Below are positions 36,441 through 51,355 of a DNA stretch of 64,000 bases, in pieces. Under the pieces are notes generated by a model. That model did not search any database. It saw only the letters and a list, made by a program, of their open reading frames with translations, and had not been told where the DNA came from. Each line of letters begins with the position of its first letter. Within the stretch, counting starts at the first letter, position 1. The translations under genes were made by a program, and so were the position numbers. The DNA comes from Eledone cirrhosa (lineage: Eukaryota). The stretch is taken from NCBI GenBank assembly GCA_964016885.1, contig OZ024747.1, positions 51,026,001-51,090,000 on the forward strand, given 5' to 3'.

Positions 36441-36659
36441 GATGATGATGATTATGATGACGTTGAGGATGAGGTCGTTGATGTTGATGATAACGATGAT
36501 GAGAGACGAAGGAAGACGATGGCGTTGGTGGTGTTGATCTCTCTTTGGGTGATGACGGTAGTATGGGTGGTGGTATAAGTGGTACTATTAGTAGTACTCG
36601 TCTTAGTTGTACCGTGGATTGTTTTAAAGGTTTGGTGTTGGTGACAGTGATGGTATCGG

Positions 36660-37800
36660 TGGGTTTAGTGGTAGTGGTGTTGGTGATGGTGCTGGAGGTG
36701 GTGTTATAATGGTAGTGCTGGTAGTGCTGGAGGTGGTGGGAGTGGTGGTAGTGCTGGGGGTAGTGGGAGTGCTGGTAGTGCTGGAGGTGGTGGTAGTGGT
36801 GGTAGTGGTGGTATTGATGGTAGTGGTGGTAGTGCTGGAGGTGGTGGTAGTGGTGGTAGTGCTGGAGGTGGTGGTAGTGGTGGTAGTGGTGGTATTGATG
36901 GTAGTGGTGGTAGTGCTGGAGGTGGTGGTAGTGGTGGTATTGATGGAGGTTGTGGTAGTGCTGGAGGTAGTGGTAGTGATGGTAGTGGTGGTATTGATGG
37001 AGGTGGTAGTAGTGGTGGTAGTGGTGGTAGTGATGGTAGTGGTGGTATTGATGGTAGTGAAGGTATTGATGGAGGTAGTAGTAGTGGTGGTAGTGGTGGT
37101 ATTGATGGAGGGGTTGGTAGTGATGGTAGTGGTGGGGTATTGATGGTAGTGGTGGTATTGATGGTAGTGGTGGTAGTGGTGGTAGTGGTGGTATTGATGG
37201 TAGTGGTGGTAGTGATGGTAGTGGTGGTAGTGCTGGAGGTGGTGGTATTGATGGTAGTGGAGGAAGTGATGGTAGTGGTGGTAGTGATGGAGGTGGTGGT
37301 AGTGCTGGAGGTGGTGGTATTGATGGTAGTGGTGGTAGTGCTGGAGGTGGTTGTAGTGGTGGTAGTGGTGGTATTGATGGTAGTGGTGGTAGTGCTGGAG
37401 GTGGTGGTAGTGGTGGTAGTGCTGGAGGTGGTTGTAGTGGTGGTAGTGGTGGTATTGATGGTAGTGGTAGTAGTGCTGGAGGTGGTGGTACTGATGGTAG
37501 TGGTGGTATTGATGGAGGTGGAGGTAGTGCTGGAGGTGGTGGTAGTGGTAGTAGTGGTGGTATTGATGGTAGTGGTGGTATTGATGAAAGTGGTGGTAGT
37601 GGTGGTAGTGATGGAGGTGGTGGTATAGTTGGTAGTGTTGGAAGTGATGGTAGTGGTGGTATTGATGGCGGTGGTGGTAGTGCTGGTACTGGTGTTATTG
37701 ATGTAGGTGGTGGTACTTCTGGAGATGGTGGTAGTGCTGGTAGTAGTGGTAGTGGTGGTAGTGAAGGTAGTGATGATGGTGCTGGAGGTGGTGGTAGTGA
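36660..37800 (+). repeat. Triplet-phased (GTAGTGGTG/CTGGAG/TTGATG)n array
   Basis: Direct inspection; gives poly-Val ORFs. Confidence 0.92.
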
Positions 37801-37899
37801 TGGGAGCTCGAAGTAAATGTGATGGAAAACAAAGTCATTTGGTGTGATAAACAGGTGGATGAATGGTGGGTTGTTTGGACATAGATGGATATGACATTA

Positions 37900-38380
<481 letters not shown>

Positions 38381-38506
38381 TACTATATATACTTGTACAT
38401 GTATGTATATACCGCATAGAAATACATATATCCATAAAAGACAAAAAAATACATGAGAGCTAAAGAAATAGCAGTATGTCTTAGGTAGAGATGAAGAGAG
38501 AAACGA

Positions 38507-38715
<209 letters not shown>

Positions 38716-38959
38716 TGAAATGGAGAAGGGGGCTGGGGCTAGGAGCTGTAGATAATTCGTTGGATTACAGAGTAGAAGAAAATATAAATAGCTACAAAGG
38801 GAAAGTATTTGAGATTATAAGGGAGACACCGAAATCCAAAAAGAAATAGAAAAACAGGAGAGGACATTACATATATGTATGTATGTATACATGCATAAAT
38901 TTATACATATACAAATGTGTATGCCTGTGTGTATACATAAATACATACATACACACACA

Positions 38960-39007
<48 letters not shown>

Positions 39008-39514
39008 CTGTGTGTGTGTTTATATATGTACATATGTATGTATATAATTGTGTTGGTATATTTATACACGCATATATATATATATATGTATTACGAGAGA
39101 GAGGGGGAAGGGGGAGGTAGTGATGGTGAGAGAAAACAGTTAAAGAGGCGAGGGAGAAATAGATAATTAGATAGGTAGATAGAGAGAGAGTAAAAAGGGG
39201 ACGAGAAGATGCAAGGCCTTGCAAAAATCGGATGACTAGTAGTGGACAACAATGCCAAATGATTTTGGAAAAAATGAAGGAGGAAAAAATTCTGCAGGAG
39301 GGTAAGGGAGAGGAGAAATTGAGTGGTCAAGGAAGAGAAAAATGAAACCAAAATGGCGGTTGTTAGTAGAAGAAAAATGACGCAAATGAAGGTTTGGTGA
39401 GAGGAAGAGGGGAATGGAAAAATACGTGAGTAAGTGTATGTCCGCACGTTGTTGGGTTTAGATGCATATATATGAATCAATGCATTTATGGGTGTATGTA
39501 TGAAACTCTGCATG

Positions 39515-39547
<33 letters not shown>

Positions 39548-40053
39548 ACAAGAGGTGTATGTGACTCTGTGTGTGTGCGTGTATGTATGTATGAGTTGTC
39601 AGTAGGAAGCTAACCCAATGTTCCAGAACTTTCTCACGTGGAAAAAATACAGAAAGAATCAGTAAAAGCAGAAAAAAGGGAAGAAAAGGAAAAAATGATA
39701 GAGAGAACGAAATAAAGAATAAAAGATGAATAAAGAATGATATTTTGAACGAAAGGAAGAAAAAAGGATAAAAAGAATCCAAAGGGGTGGGGGGTGGGGC
39801 ATTTTTTTCTTTCTTCCTCAAGATGAAGAAGAGTAAATTGAGCGAGTAGTCCAATGGAAAGAATGGTGGGATATAGGGATCTAAGTGAGATGATGTTGGT
39901 GGTGTTGATGATGGGGGTGATGAGTTTTGGACGTGTTAATGGTGGTGTTGGTGATGTTGACGGTAGAGGCGGCTTTGGACGTAGACATAGCAATAATGGT
40001 GGTGTGTTATAGGATGCAAGGAGAGTGGCGAATGGTTACACAAGAAAATATCT

Positions 40054-40083
40054 GTAGTAGTAGTATTAGTAGTTGTGGTAGTG

Positions 40084-40126
<43 letters not shown>

Positions 40127-40338
40127 CAGTAGTAGTAGTAGTAGTGGTGGTGGTGGTGGCGGTGGTGGTAGTGGTGGTGGTGGTGGTGGTGGTGGTGATG
40201 GCGGTAGGAGTAGTTGTAGTAGTAGTAGTGGTAGTAGTAGCAGCAGTAGTAGTAGTAATAGTAGTAGTAGTAATAATAGTAGTAGTAGTAGTAACAGCAG
40301 AAGCAGCAGCAGAAGTAGTAGTAGTAGTAGTAGTAGTT

Positions 40339-40378
<40 letters not shown>

Positions 40379-40400
40379 CAGCAGCAGAAGCAGCAGCAGC

Positions 40401-40459
<59 letters not shown>

Positions 40460-40511
40460 CAGCAGTAGTAGCAGCAGCAGAAGTAGTATCAGCAGCAGCA
40501 GCAGGAGCAGC

Positions 40512-40558
<47 letters not shown>

Positions 40559-40560
40559 CA
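40054..40560 (+). repeat. (AGT)n/(GGT)n/(AGC)n compound triplet tract
   Basis: Direct inspection. Confidence 0.95.
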
Positions 40561-40689
40561 GATATAACAATGGTGGGCAAAAATGTAAGTAAAGGTTGGT
40601 GTAGGTATGTAGAAGGGAGATGAGTTGAGGAAGAAAGATTACCGTGAATATGAGGTATGGAGAACAAAGGCACGTATGGAGATGATAGT

Positions 40690-41630
<941 letters not shown>

Positions 41631-41816
41631 TAGATAGATACATGAGGTGGGGGTGAAATCAAAAGTAAGCAAATTCGAGGATAGGCAGATGTGATGGAAA
41701 TACGATTAAGTTAAAGAATGAAGAAAATTTACAATGTACGCATACCATTTTATACTACTAACACATATGGCTATGCATATAAACATACATATACACACAC
41801 ACAGGCACACACACAG

Positions 41817-41848
<32 letters not shown>

Positions 41849-42032
41849 GCATGTATATACATGTTTCGCCGATACATTGATAGATCTAATAGAAAGGTGA
41901 ACTTTTGTAACTATGTCTACGCACATATATATATATATATATGTGTATGTATATAAATGTCTGTTTATAGCTAAACATATATGCGTATCTGTATACATAT
42001 TTTTATATATGCACTCACATACACATACATAC

Positions 42033-42069
<37 letters not shown>

Positions 42070-42780
42070 GGCTTTAGCGTGTATTAAGGGGAGGTGTGCA
42101 TGTGTGTGTGTATGTGTGAGTGCGCGCATATGTGTATGCGTGCGTGTTGTAGCTGTGGTTTGAGAGGAGATATAATCTATTAAACTCTAAGAGCAGCAAC
42201 CTGGTTATACTTCCAAGTCATAGAAGAACTTTCCTTTTACTGCAGATATAATGGGGAAGGGCATATACGCCACACAATCCTATTTAAATTTTGCAATCGG
42301 GCATATTTCGAAGATTATATCATCCTCACTATACACCTACGTATACATGTTCTGTGTATTTGGGTATAAAAATATAATTCTTTGACCTTATGTAATATCA
42401 GATAATACAGTTTTAGATAGATTCTGCCTTAAGAGAGAGAGACTCGTATATCACTTTCTTTCTTGCTTAATATTTTGTTTTCATTATTTTCTTCATTATA
42501 ATGTTTGCACTATTCGAAATCTGAAATCTGAGTAAAAAGTAAGTCATTGACAAAAAGTTGTTACATTTTATTAGGGAAATCCATGGATGCGTGGATCGCA
42601 ACCGCATGCGTGGTTTCGTGTTCAATCTCGCTGTGACATCTTAAGTAAATTTCTTCTAGTGTTGAAGAAGCAATATACCTAAGATGGGTAAATATACCTG
42701 ACGTGGGTAGTCTAATGACTTGCGATTAAAATTTGGCAGTCGGGAGTGCAGAAGCTCGTCATGCATATATAGATATAGCT

Positions 42781-43065
42781 TAAAACAAGAACAGAAGGCC
42801 GGACTGGAAAATTTTACTTTAGAATTTTTATTCTTCGAATCATCCGAGTAAGGTTATAGGGCTGGGCCATCGAAATGTGTATAGTGATTTCTCGGAATTA
42901 AAAATAAATTTTCCAGTCCGGCCTTCTGTTGTTGTTTAATTAACACTTTACTATGTTCCTGCACCAACCACAGGATAGCTCATCTACGATGGATGATTTG
43001 CCACACCGTTTACCAACCCGAACAACCAGTCCTACCCATTGGTAAACAGCCTAATATAAAGGATA
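42781..43065 (+). mobile_element. Truncated inverted-repeat Penelope-like element (relative of 8872-9355)
   Basis: aacagaaggccggactggaaaatt / aattttccagtccggccttctgtt arms; hammerhead 3' half GAAA-tgtgta-TA; tail with gcacca, ends in (TA)n. Confidence 0.6.
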
Positions 43066-43078
43066 TATATATATATAT

Positions 43079-43110
<32 letters not shown>

Positions 43111-43124
43111 ATACATACATACAT

Positions 43125-43560
43125 GGTGGCTGCCAACTCGTTTTCGAGTACGGCCACTACTTTATATCCATGTAGGAGAACGCCTACCCATGCGCTGAAC
43201 GAGTGTGACTTTTTAGTCCAGCCAGCGAGTTGAAAACTCTGGTACAAACACTACACTTGTGACAATTATTGACACATAGTGCTGGGCCCATGGTACCATG
43301 TGATGACAAGTGCAGAGAGGTCTCCAGATATAAAGCAATGCCTGTGCCGTGAAGCTTTTATAGTGAGCAAAGGCACTGCACAAAGCCAGTCCCACTCTCT
43401 TAACCAAGATGATATTTACCAAAAAGAAGAACAAGTCAACGTCATTGGATACCATCAGGGTTGCAGGTGTTATATCAGAGTTTTCCTTCTCCTAGAATTC
43501 TGCCTTGACAAAGGCTAAGGGGTCATCTCTCCCGGTGATTTTGGATGGCCATTGACTCTT
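43125..43560 (-). mobile_element. Non-autonomous RTE-derived element with (ATGT)n tail
   Basis: Minus strand contains RTE 5'UTR-like motif GGCA..TCTAGGAGAAGGAAAACTCTGATATAACACC; fixed end GGCAGCCACC+(ATGT)n; (TACA)n both sides; three copies in window. Confidence 0.75.
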
Positions 43561-43639
43561 ACATACATACATAATGTAAGGAAAGGACCGGCATGGGCTT
43601 CAAAAATTCAGCTCCACAAAATATGGAAGTCTAACATAG

Positions 43640-43850
43640 ATAAAAAAACTGAACGTAATATTTTTAGGACATGTGTATTCTGCTATACAATTCAGAAACT
43701 TGGACCACAACATGAAATAAAGAGATAAGGATTATATACTAAGCAATCGAAGAATTTTAAACATCAGATGATATAACTAACAGAGAGTTATACCAAGACC
43801 TGCCATGGCAGTCAGATATAATTTGACAGAGAATATTACGCTATGTCACA
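43640..43850 (+). mobile_element. Decayed RTE LINE fragment
   Basis: ILLYNSETWTTT...RRILNIR...ITNRELY resembles the RTE post-RT region. Confidence 0.45.
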
Positions 43851-44467
43851 GAAATGGGGACCAACAAGTTTCTAAGTTTCGGCCAGTGGTACCAATAATT
43901 ATTGTTTCGTTGAAACGAGGAAAGATACCTCATTAAACAATTTTTTTCTTGCTCCAGAATAATGTGATCAGAATTAAGATTCTTTGGTAACATAACATTG
44001 ATATACTCATCTGTCTTCCAAATCACATATATTCAATATTTCTGACAAAGTAAGGCTAACAAAGAACTTCCGGAAATAACAGCACTTTCGCTTAAGGAAG
44101 CTTGTGTGTATATTTTGCTATTATTGTTAATAAAGTAACTTTTTAAAAATTCATTGTAACATTTTTTCTTTTCGAGTGTTTCTTCTTGCGACAAAGGAAC
44201 AGTTTTTCATTTATTTTGTTCCAAGTATTTTCTTTATCAGTGTTTTTTTTCCGTTTTCTATATGTTAAGGGCATATTTATTTGTTATAAAAATCACAGAG
44301 ATAGCCCACCTTCCTATTTTATACAATAAATAGAACAATAAACTCTGTTGCTTCATAATGTTCTGTTTTGTATTAATCCAAGCGAAGAAAACATTTCATC
44401 CATTTTAACTGGTATTAAGTCACCAAACTATCTGGACGCAACATGTATAGATATTTTGGCATACACC

Positions 44468-44504
<37 letters not shown>

Positions 44505-45616
44505 GCAGCAGAAGCAACCACGGCAGCGGGAACACCACCACCACCACCACCACGAACAACAACAACAACAACAACAGCAGCAGCTGTTAAACTTATTCAT
44601 TGCAATTCAGCCAAATTAATAAATATTTAAAGAAAAGCCTTGGTCGTTAATTCTCTGTAGAGAAACTATTACGGAAAAATATAGAGATCTGATGAAAAAA
44701 TATGGCATTTGCAACGAACAAATGGCATGGCAAGGTCTAGTAAATATTACCGACCTCCGGAAGGATGAAAGGCAATATCGACTCCAGTGGGATATACATT
44801 TGAACGGGACGACCCCTAACTAAATATCGCGTTCTATATCGATTACTGTGACAATCACCCTAATAATAGTAAAAATACTAACAGTAAAAAAAAAAAATTG
44901 AAATATAGATGTCCAGAATGATGCAGCAAGGCGGTGATATCGGAAACAGAAACACTTCACCTAAATAATAGGGGTCTTGGGAATAACAAAAAAGGGACAC
45001 AGACAAATATATAAACAATACTTTAGAACTCACCACCCTGTCACAATATGCAGAATATTTGATTGCTTTAGGAATTGAACATACATATATAGAGTACATG
45101 TCATATAACACAAAATAAATAAAACAAAAGAAAAAAAATACACATCGTCTTGTGCCTGTATCAGAACCCATTCCATGCAAATAACTGTTTGTTGGTCATG
45201 TGTTGGCCTTATTAATGAAATCAAAATTTTGTTAATTTATGAAAAAACAAAACAATACATTATGTAAGGTATACTGGCATAAAAGTAAATTTCAAATATA
45301 GAACAATTTTGCGGCCATATTGGGAATTAGCATATATGTAGTTAATCGGCTCTTAATATTGATTCATAATAAGCCTTTCTTTCGACCTTGGGTGGATACC
45401 TCCAGTAGATGGTGCATACGAACTGAACGCTCATAGCCAACCCATCCTTCCCACTACAAGTGAGGGCTTGTGCATATCTCACACAAAGCACTGGCATATT
45501 AATCTCTCACCCAATCTTTCTATTTCTCTCATGTTTTCATGGTGCATCTGTAAAAGGATGTTTTACACAAAATACTGAGATCTTTTGAATATTACTAACG
45601 CAAAATTTCAATATTA

Positions 45617-45655
<39 letters not shown>

Positions 45656-45656
45656 G

Positions 45657-46058
45657 AGCGGTGGATTGGCAGTATCGGTAGAGGGTCGGACGCCATGCTT
45701 TGACGCATAGAGTTACGGCCCTTGCCATTCTGAGTTTAAATCCCGCCGAGGTTAACTTTGCCTTTCATCCCTACGGGGTCGATAAAATAAAGTACCAGTA
45801 ATGCACGGTGTAATTGCTGGCCTTGTGCCAAAAAGTAGAAACAATTAATATTATTATTATCATTATTGGATGGTGGATTGGCAGTATCGGTAGAGCATCA
45901 GACACCATGCTTTGGTGTATAGAGTTATGGCCCTTTACGTTCCGAGTTCAAATCCTGCCAAGGTTAACTTGGCCTTTCATCCTTACGGGGTCAATAAATA
46001 AAGTACCAGTAATGCAGTGGAGACTTTGCTGGCCTTGTGCCAAAAGTAGAAACAATTA
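45657..46058 (+). mobile_element. Two tandem SINE-A copies (45657-45846, 45868-46058) in (TTA)n
   Basis: Match to consensus; (TTA)n upstream and between. Confidence 0.9.
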
Positions 46059-46115
46059 TTGTTAGTAGTATCCATGGATACTGTTATGGCCTTCTATACT
46101 ATAGCAATTTCCTAA

Positions 46116-46154
<39 letters not shown>

Positions 46155-46239
46155 CCTACCCCTATCTTTCTCTCTTTCTCTCTCTCTCCTCCCTCTCTCT
46201 CTCTCTCTCTCTCTCTACCTCTCTCTTCCTATCTCTCTC

Positions 46240-46291
<52 letters not shown>

Positions 46292-47007
46292 TGGAGAGAG
46301 AGAGAGAGAGCGAGAGAGAGAGTGAGAGAGAGATGTGAATATGTGTATAAGTAATTGGTAATTGTATTTGTGTGTGTGTTTGTTTGTATGTGTGTATGTG
46401 TGTGTGTGTGTGTGAGTGTATGAGGACTCTACATAGTTTTGCTATTGTCCCACCAAAACTGTAGATATTTTAATATATCCTCCAGAATGTAGATATACAA
46501 CTACCACAAGTGATAACCACAATAACATTAGAATGGTATTAAACCCGTGGCAACCTCTGGTAGTAAATGATTCAATGATTGATTTTTTTTCAGCTATTAT
46601 TTTCTTTTCTTTTAGATTACGTTATTTTATTATCTTATTTCACTCTATTTTTGTTCAATTTCATATAAAAAGATTTGTTAAATTCCATGTAAATATATTT
46701 TCTTGTTTAATTCCAAAGATGACTTTTTTATTCAGTAATTCAATATAACAATATTTCAAAAAATTTTATTTGTAATCCCATATAAAAAAAAATTTCATTC
46801 CGTTTCTATAGTTTAATTCTTTTTTCTTCACCTATGTATTCCCCAAAATTTTATTTTTTACCTGTCAGAGAAATCTTTTACTTCCTTTGAATTCCTGTGT
46901 TCACCATTAATCGTAAGACTTCTGGATAGAACACTTCTGTTTTTTTGGATGATATCTTCTTTTGTTATTTTTTTCCGACCACACACAAGCGCAAGCACAT
47001 GCATACA

Positions 47008-47046
<39 letters not shown>

Positions 47047-47050
47047 CATT

Positions 47051-47965
47051 ATGGTTGAGTCTTTCAAGACGTGGTTCACTTCGCGCCTGTAAGTTTGTTC
47101 TATATTCACTGTTATTCAACATTTGGCATTGAAATTTTAATATCGTTTTGAAGCTACGTAAGCCAGTATCCTGGAGAGTTGGTTCGTTTAGCTCCACTTG
47201 CAGCACTTAGGGACCAAATTTATGTTTGTTTATAAAACACGCCCCTCAATTTTCTACGAAAATTAAGATGGCGGACAAAAATATTGTGATCGCTAAACAG
47301 AATGGCGGGCTGTCCATAGAGTGGAATAGCCAAAATTCTGAAAACAATAACATCAGCAACAGCAATAGCAAGAACAGCAGCAGCAACCAAAATTTATTTC
47401 GTGAAAACAAAGCGGTCTTTCCAGCTCTGCCAATGTTTACCACGCTGAATGCCATCAACAACGAGACCTGTAGTAGCAGCAGGAGCAGTAGCAGAAACAC
47501 CAGCAACATCAGTAGTAGCAGTAGTAGCAGCAAAATAGATGCTGCTGAATAAGGAACCATTTTTTGCGAGGGTTGGCCCGGAATGTAGATACTGTGATAG
47601 TCAGGGAAGATGAGATTGCAGTCACAGGAGCGTTGGTGACTAGAAAAGCCAATCGAGTCTCCCTGAAACCTCCACCCAATTTTTTTAAAGACCAACACCT
47701 GCGCATGGTGACGTACCGCACGATAAGGAAAAAATCTCATCGGGTGGAGAGAGCCACGGAGGCTCAAATTCAAAGGGCCTTGGGTGCGTGTGGTCACGCG
47801 AAACACACATCACCCGACGCAAAATGTATGCCACCGTCGATGTGCTTTTTGCGACCGCCAAGAGGCGAAGTCCCACTCCTTGGTAATCCTAAAGAGTGAG
47901 GATGCAGTGTTAATGCCCCTCTACTGCGGATAGAAAATTGGCTGGTCGCGTCTGTCCTTGCCGGA
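47051..47965 (+). pseudogene. 5' part of another Tx1 element (5'UTR + broken ORF1), preceded by (TTA)n
   Basis: ATG 47268; S/N tract; GLARNVDTVIVREDE...MVTYRTIRKKSHRVERATEAQIQRALG aligns to ORF1 TVTYRTVSTKSRRVERATEAQIQKALG. Confidence 0.85.
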
Positions 47966-47979
47966 GATGACCACGCTGC

Positions 47980-48233
47980 AACCTTTAACCTTCGTCTTAT
48001 GGAGCTATGTTAATGAAAAGAGTCTATCGTACAAACGTTTAAGGCCTTAATGATATCAAAGAAAGAATACACCAAGCCTTATCCGCTATTGATGAAGAGA
48101 TACACCAAATCGCATGGTCAGAAACTGACAATCGCCTAAATCTGGTGCACAGACCAATCGAGTCTATATTGAAGTGTTCCGATATTTTCAATAAAACCTT
48201 ATTCGATTATCTATCTTTCCTAATAGACCCTGT
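47980..48233 (+). mobile_element. Tc1/mariner transposase C-terminal remnant and right end
   Basis: PLTFVLWSYV.KRVY...LNDIKERIHQALSAI....W....RL resembles PLDFFLWGYVK..VY...L..LK.RI; ends gaccctg-TA. Confidence 0.6.
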
Positions 48234-48288
48234 AGAGTTATCTTATTTGAACATTACATAACATGATATTTATATACTATACTATAAT

Positions 48289-48478
48289 ATAATTGTTTCT
48301 ACTTTTGGCACAAGGCCAGCAATTACCCAGTACATTACTGGTACTTTATTTTATCGACCCCATAAGGATGAAAGGCAAAGTTAACCTCGGCGGGATTTTA
48401 ACTCAGAATGGCAAGGGCCGTAACTCTATGCGCCAAAGCATGGCGTCCGACCCTCTACCGATACTGCCAATCCACCGC
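48289..48478 (-). mobile_element. SINE-A
   Basis: Full consensus match. Confidence 0.9.
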
Positions 48479-48649
48479 AATATAATATAATATATGATAC
48501 AATATATATCTATATATCTATATATACGTATCTATCTATATATAGATGAAGTGGCGGGGCGGAGGGGGAGTGTCTGTCTGTGTGCGTGTGTGCGTGTCAA
48601 TATATTTATTTTGGCATGTATATATATATATATATATATATAAAGGTTT

Positions 48650-48726
<77 letters not shown>

Positions 48727-48802
48727 CGTGTGTATGTGCTTTGCAACGGGTCACTTTGTGGCTCAATGAAGAGTTAAGAAATTAAATAATCAGAACTATA
48801 TA

Positions 48803-49505
48803 TCATAAAACATATCTATAGAATCACCAGATAAAATATATACCGTTTCCTCTCCCAATTAGCATAATTAACCATACAAAAATTCGATTAGACCAAGCTA
48901 TAAGAATAAAGGCTTCTATGAAGAAATCTCCGACAAATAACCGAAAGCAGCCCTTCGCGGCGGTTGCACGGAGTATTTATCGAGTATTTCGACAGCGTGT
49001 ATAAATCGACCAGATATACAGTCAACTAAACAGAATCCCGTTAGGTTGAGATACAATTTTGGCTGTATTGGGCTGCGCTTTCTAGCAAAAGGCCACCAGC
49101 CGTAAGCAACTAATCACATTCTTTCTAACTTGATCGCTGCTACGTCCCGATTCTTAGCCATTTTTTAATGTATTCATGGCGCGATCACTTTGGAAAATTA
49201 ATTGTCTAAATTTTAGCTAACTCCTGAAGAGTCCGGTGCTCCAGATGTCCAATGTTATCGGATATCTTAAAATGCGGACGAAACCATGGTAGAGGTAACT
49301 AAATATGTTCACTTTTTTCCTAGTTTATTTTACACCTGATTCTGTTTAGTTGACGAAGGGCTGCTTTCGGTTATTTGTCGCAAATTTCGTCATAGAAGCC
49401 TTTATTCTTATAGCTTGGTCTAATCGATTTTTTATATGGTTAATTATGCTAATTGGGAGAGGAAACGGTATATATTTTATCTGGTGATTCTATAGACATG
49501 CTTTA

Positions 49506-49508
<3 letters not shown>
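48803..49508. mobile_element. Inverted-repeat element with central hammerhead (third family)
   Basis: ~150-bp arms 48803-48957 and 49354-49508, plus inner pair 49021-49037/49338-49354; (TA)n on right. Confidence 0.75.
49214..49301 (+). ncRNA. Type I hammerhead ribozyme, canonical core
   Basis: Stem I tagctaactc/gaggtaacta (8 of 10 pairs), CTGAAGA 49224-49230, stem II GTCCG/CGGAC, GAAA 49280-49283, palindromic stem III ACCATGGT, GUA cleavage after 49291. Confidence 0.82.
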
Positions 49509-49567
<59 letters not shown>

Positions 49568-50215
49568 GTGTGTGTGTTTGCGTATATATGTATGTGTGTA
49601 TGTGTCTATGTATGTGTATGTGTGTGTGTGAGTTTTGTGGGGTTTGTGTCTATGTGTGTGTATCTCTGTGCGCGTGTCCGTATATTCGTTTTGGCTGCAA
49701 AGCTATTTATAGGGGGTCGATAGGTAGTATATCGGCATCTTAACTAAAAGCGATAGAATTTCACTGGAGTTGTAGTAAGATTCAAATCAAATGATGGACA
49801 TACATTATCTATATGCCAGAATGAATTTTAATGTAAAAGCTAATTCGCTGTAATTTCAGTGGCTTCTTTTCTGACGTCAACACTGTAACGTAATTCACTC
49901 AATATTGATATGTCAATTATTAAAATACTATTGGCATTTTAGTCATAGAAAATTATATCAATTTTCCTCCGCGTATGTATGTATGTATGTATGTATGTAT
50001 GTATGTATGTATGTATGTATGTATGTATGTATGTATGTATGTATGTATGTATGTAGGTAGGTATGTATGTAGGTAGGTATGTATGTATGTATGAATGTAT
50101 GTATGTATGTATGTATGTATGTATGTATGTATGTATGTGTCTATGTATGTATGTATCTATGCATGTATTCATGCATGTATGTATTTATGCACACATATAT
50201 ATATATATATATGTA

Positions 50216-50252
<37 letters not shown>

Positions 50253-50315
50253 TTATGTATGAATATATATATTTTATTTATATATATATATATATACATA
50301 TGTATATATATATAG

Positions 50316-50414
<99 letters not shown>

Positions 50415-50502
50415 TACATATGTATATATATACATATATATATATGCAGGTATATAATATATATATATATATATATACATATATATATACATATATATAT
50501 AT

Positions 50503-50564
50503 ATAAGGGTGATGAATTAATTTTGCGATGTTTTTGATATGAAATCGTGTGTCGAAACAAATAT

Positions 50565-50630
<66 letters not shown>

Positions 50631-50700
50631 ATATTGTTATATTTGTTTCGACACACGATTTCATATCAAATACCTCGCAAAACTAATTCATCGCCGTTAT
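50503..50700. repeat. Inverted repeat (~68-bp arms) around a (TA)n spacer
   Basis: gatgaattaattttgcga...gaaatcgtgtgtcgaaacaaatataacaata versus its reverse complement at 50633-50700. Confidence 0.85.
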
Positions 50701-50766
50701 ATTTATATATATATATACCTGCAAACACTCACACACATATACACACACACACACACACATACACAC

Positions 50767-50797
<31 letters not shown>

Positions 50798-51014
50798 CAT
50801 ATACACTTACATATAAATATATACATACACGCACACACACACTATATGTGTAAGTGGGCGTGTGAGTGCCTATGATAGTATTAGTTAGTCTATATGATAT
50901 AGTGATATGATATAGTAAAAAAAAAAAAGATTAATGGCGGTCTATCCGTTTCGACTTTGCAATGAATAGTTGTTTCGGTCAACCGAACGTCATGCACATG
51001 AAATTAAGGTATAA

Positions 51015-51355
51015 ATGCCTTTATTTTATTGACTGCCAGAAAGATGAGATTGAAAGCTGGCCTCGGCGCGATTTGAACTCAGAACTTGAATGATCGGACA
51101 AAGAATTTTGTCCGCTCCACTAACAATTCTGCCAATCTCGCAATAACAATAACAATTCTTTCGTTCAGTTGAACAAGGCCAGAAATGGGGGTGGAAAGCC
51201 GATTATACCAACCCTAGTTTTTAACTGATTCGCTTTTTTTATTGAACCCGGACGGATGAAAAGCAATGTTGACCGCAGTGGGATTTGAACAGAAAGAGGA
51301 GAAACAAATACCGCGATACATTTTATCCGACGCTCTAACGATTTTGACAACCCTC
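51015..51355 (-). mobile_element. Two old SINE-A-related copies
   Basis: Degenerate core ...gatgaaa...cctcggc..gatttgaac. Confidence 0.55.

Noticed and set aside
43125-43165. HDV-like ribozyme at GGTGGCTG...CGGCCACT
   Set aside because: A P1-like helix is present but no P1.1 GG, P3/L3 or P2 partner could be fitted, and the element appears to read on the opposite strand
43929-44041. Candidate coding exon VIWKTDEYINVMLPK...
   Set aside because: In-frame TGA directly after the only good acceptor; not supportable as a functional CDS
50503-50560. GATGA...GAAA...GTC in the inverted-repeat arm as a hammerhead
   Set aside because: Core reads GTGATGA/GCGATGA and stems I and III do not pair
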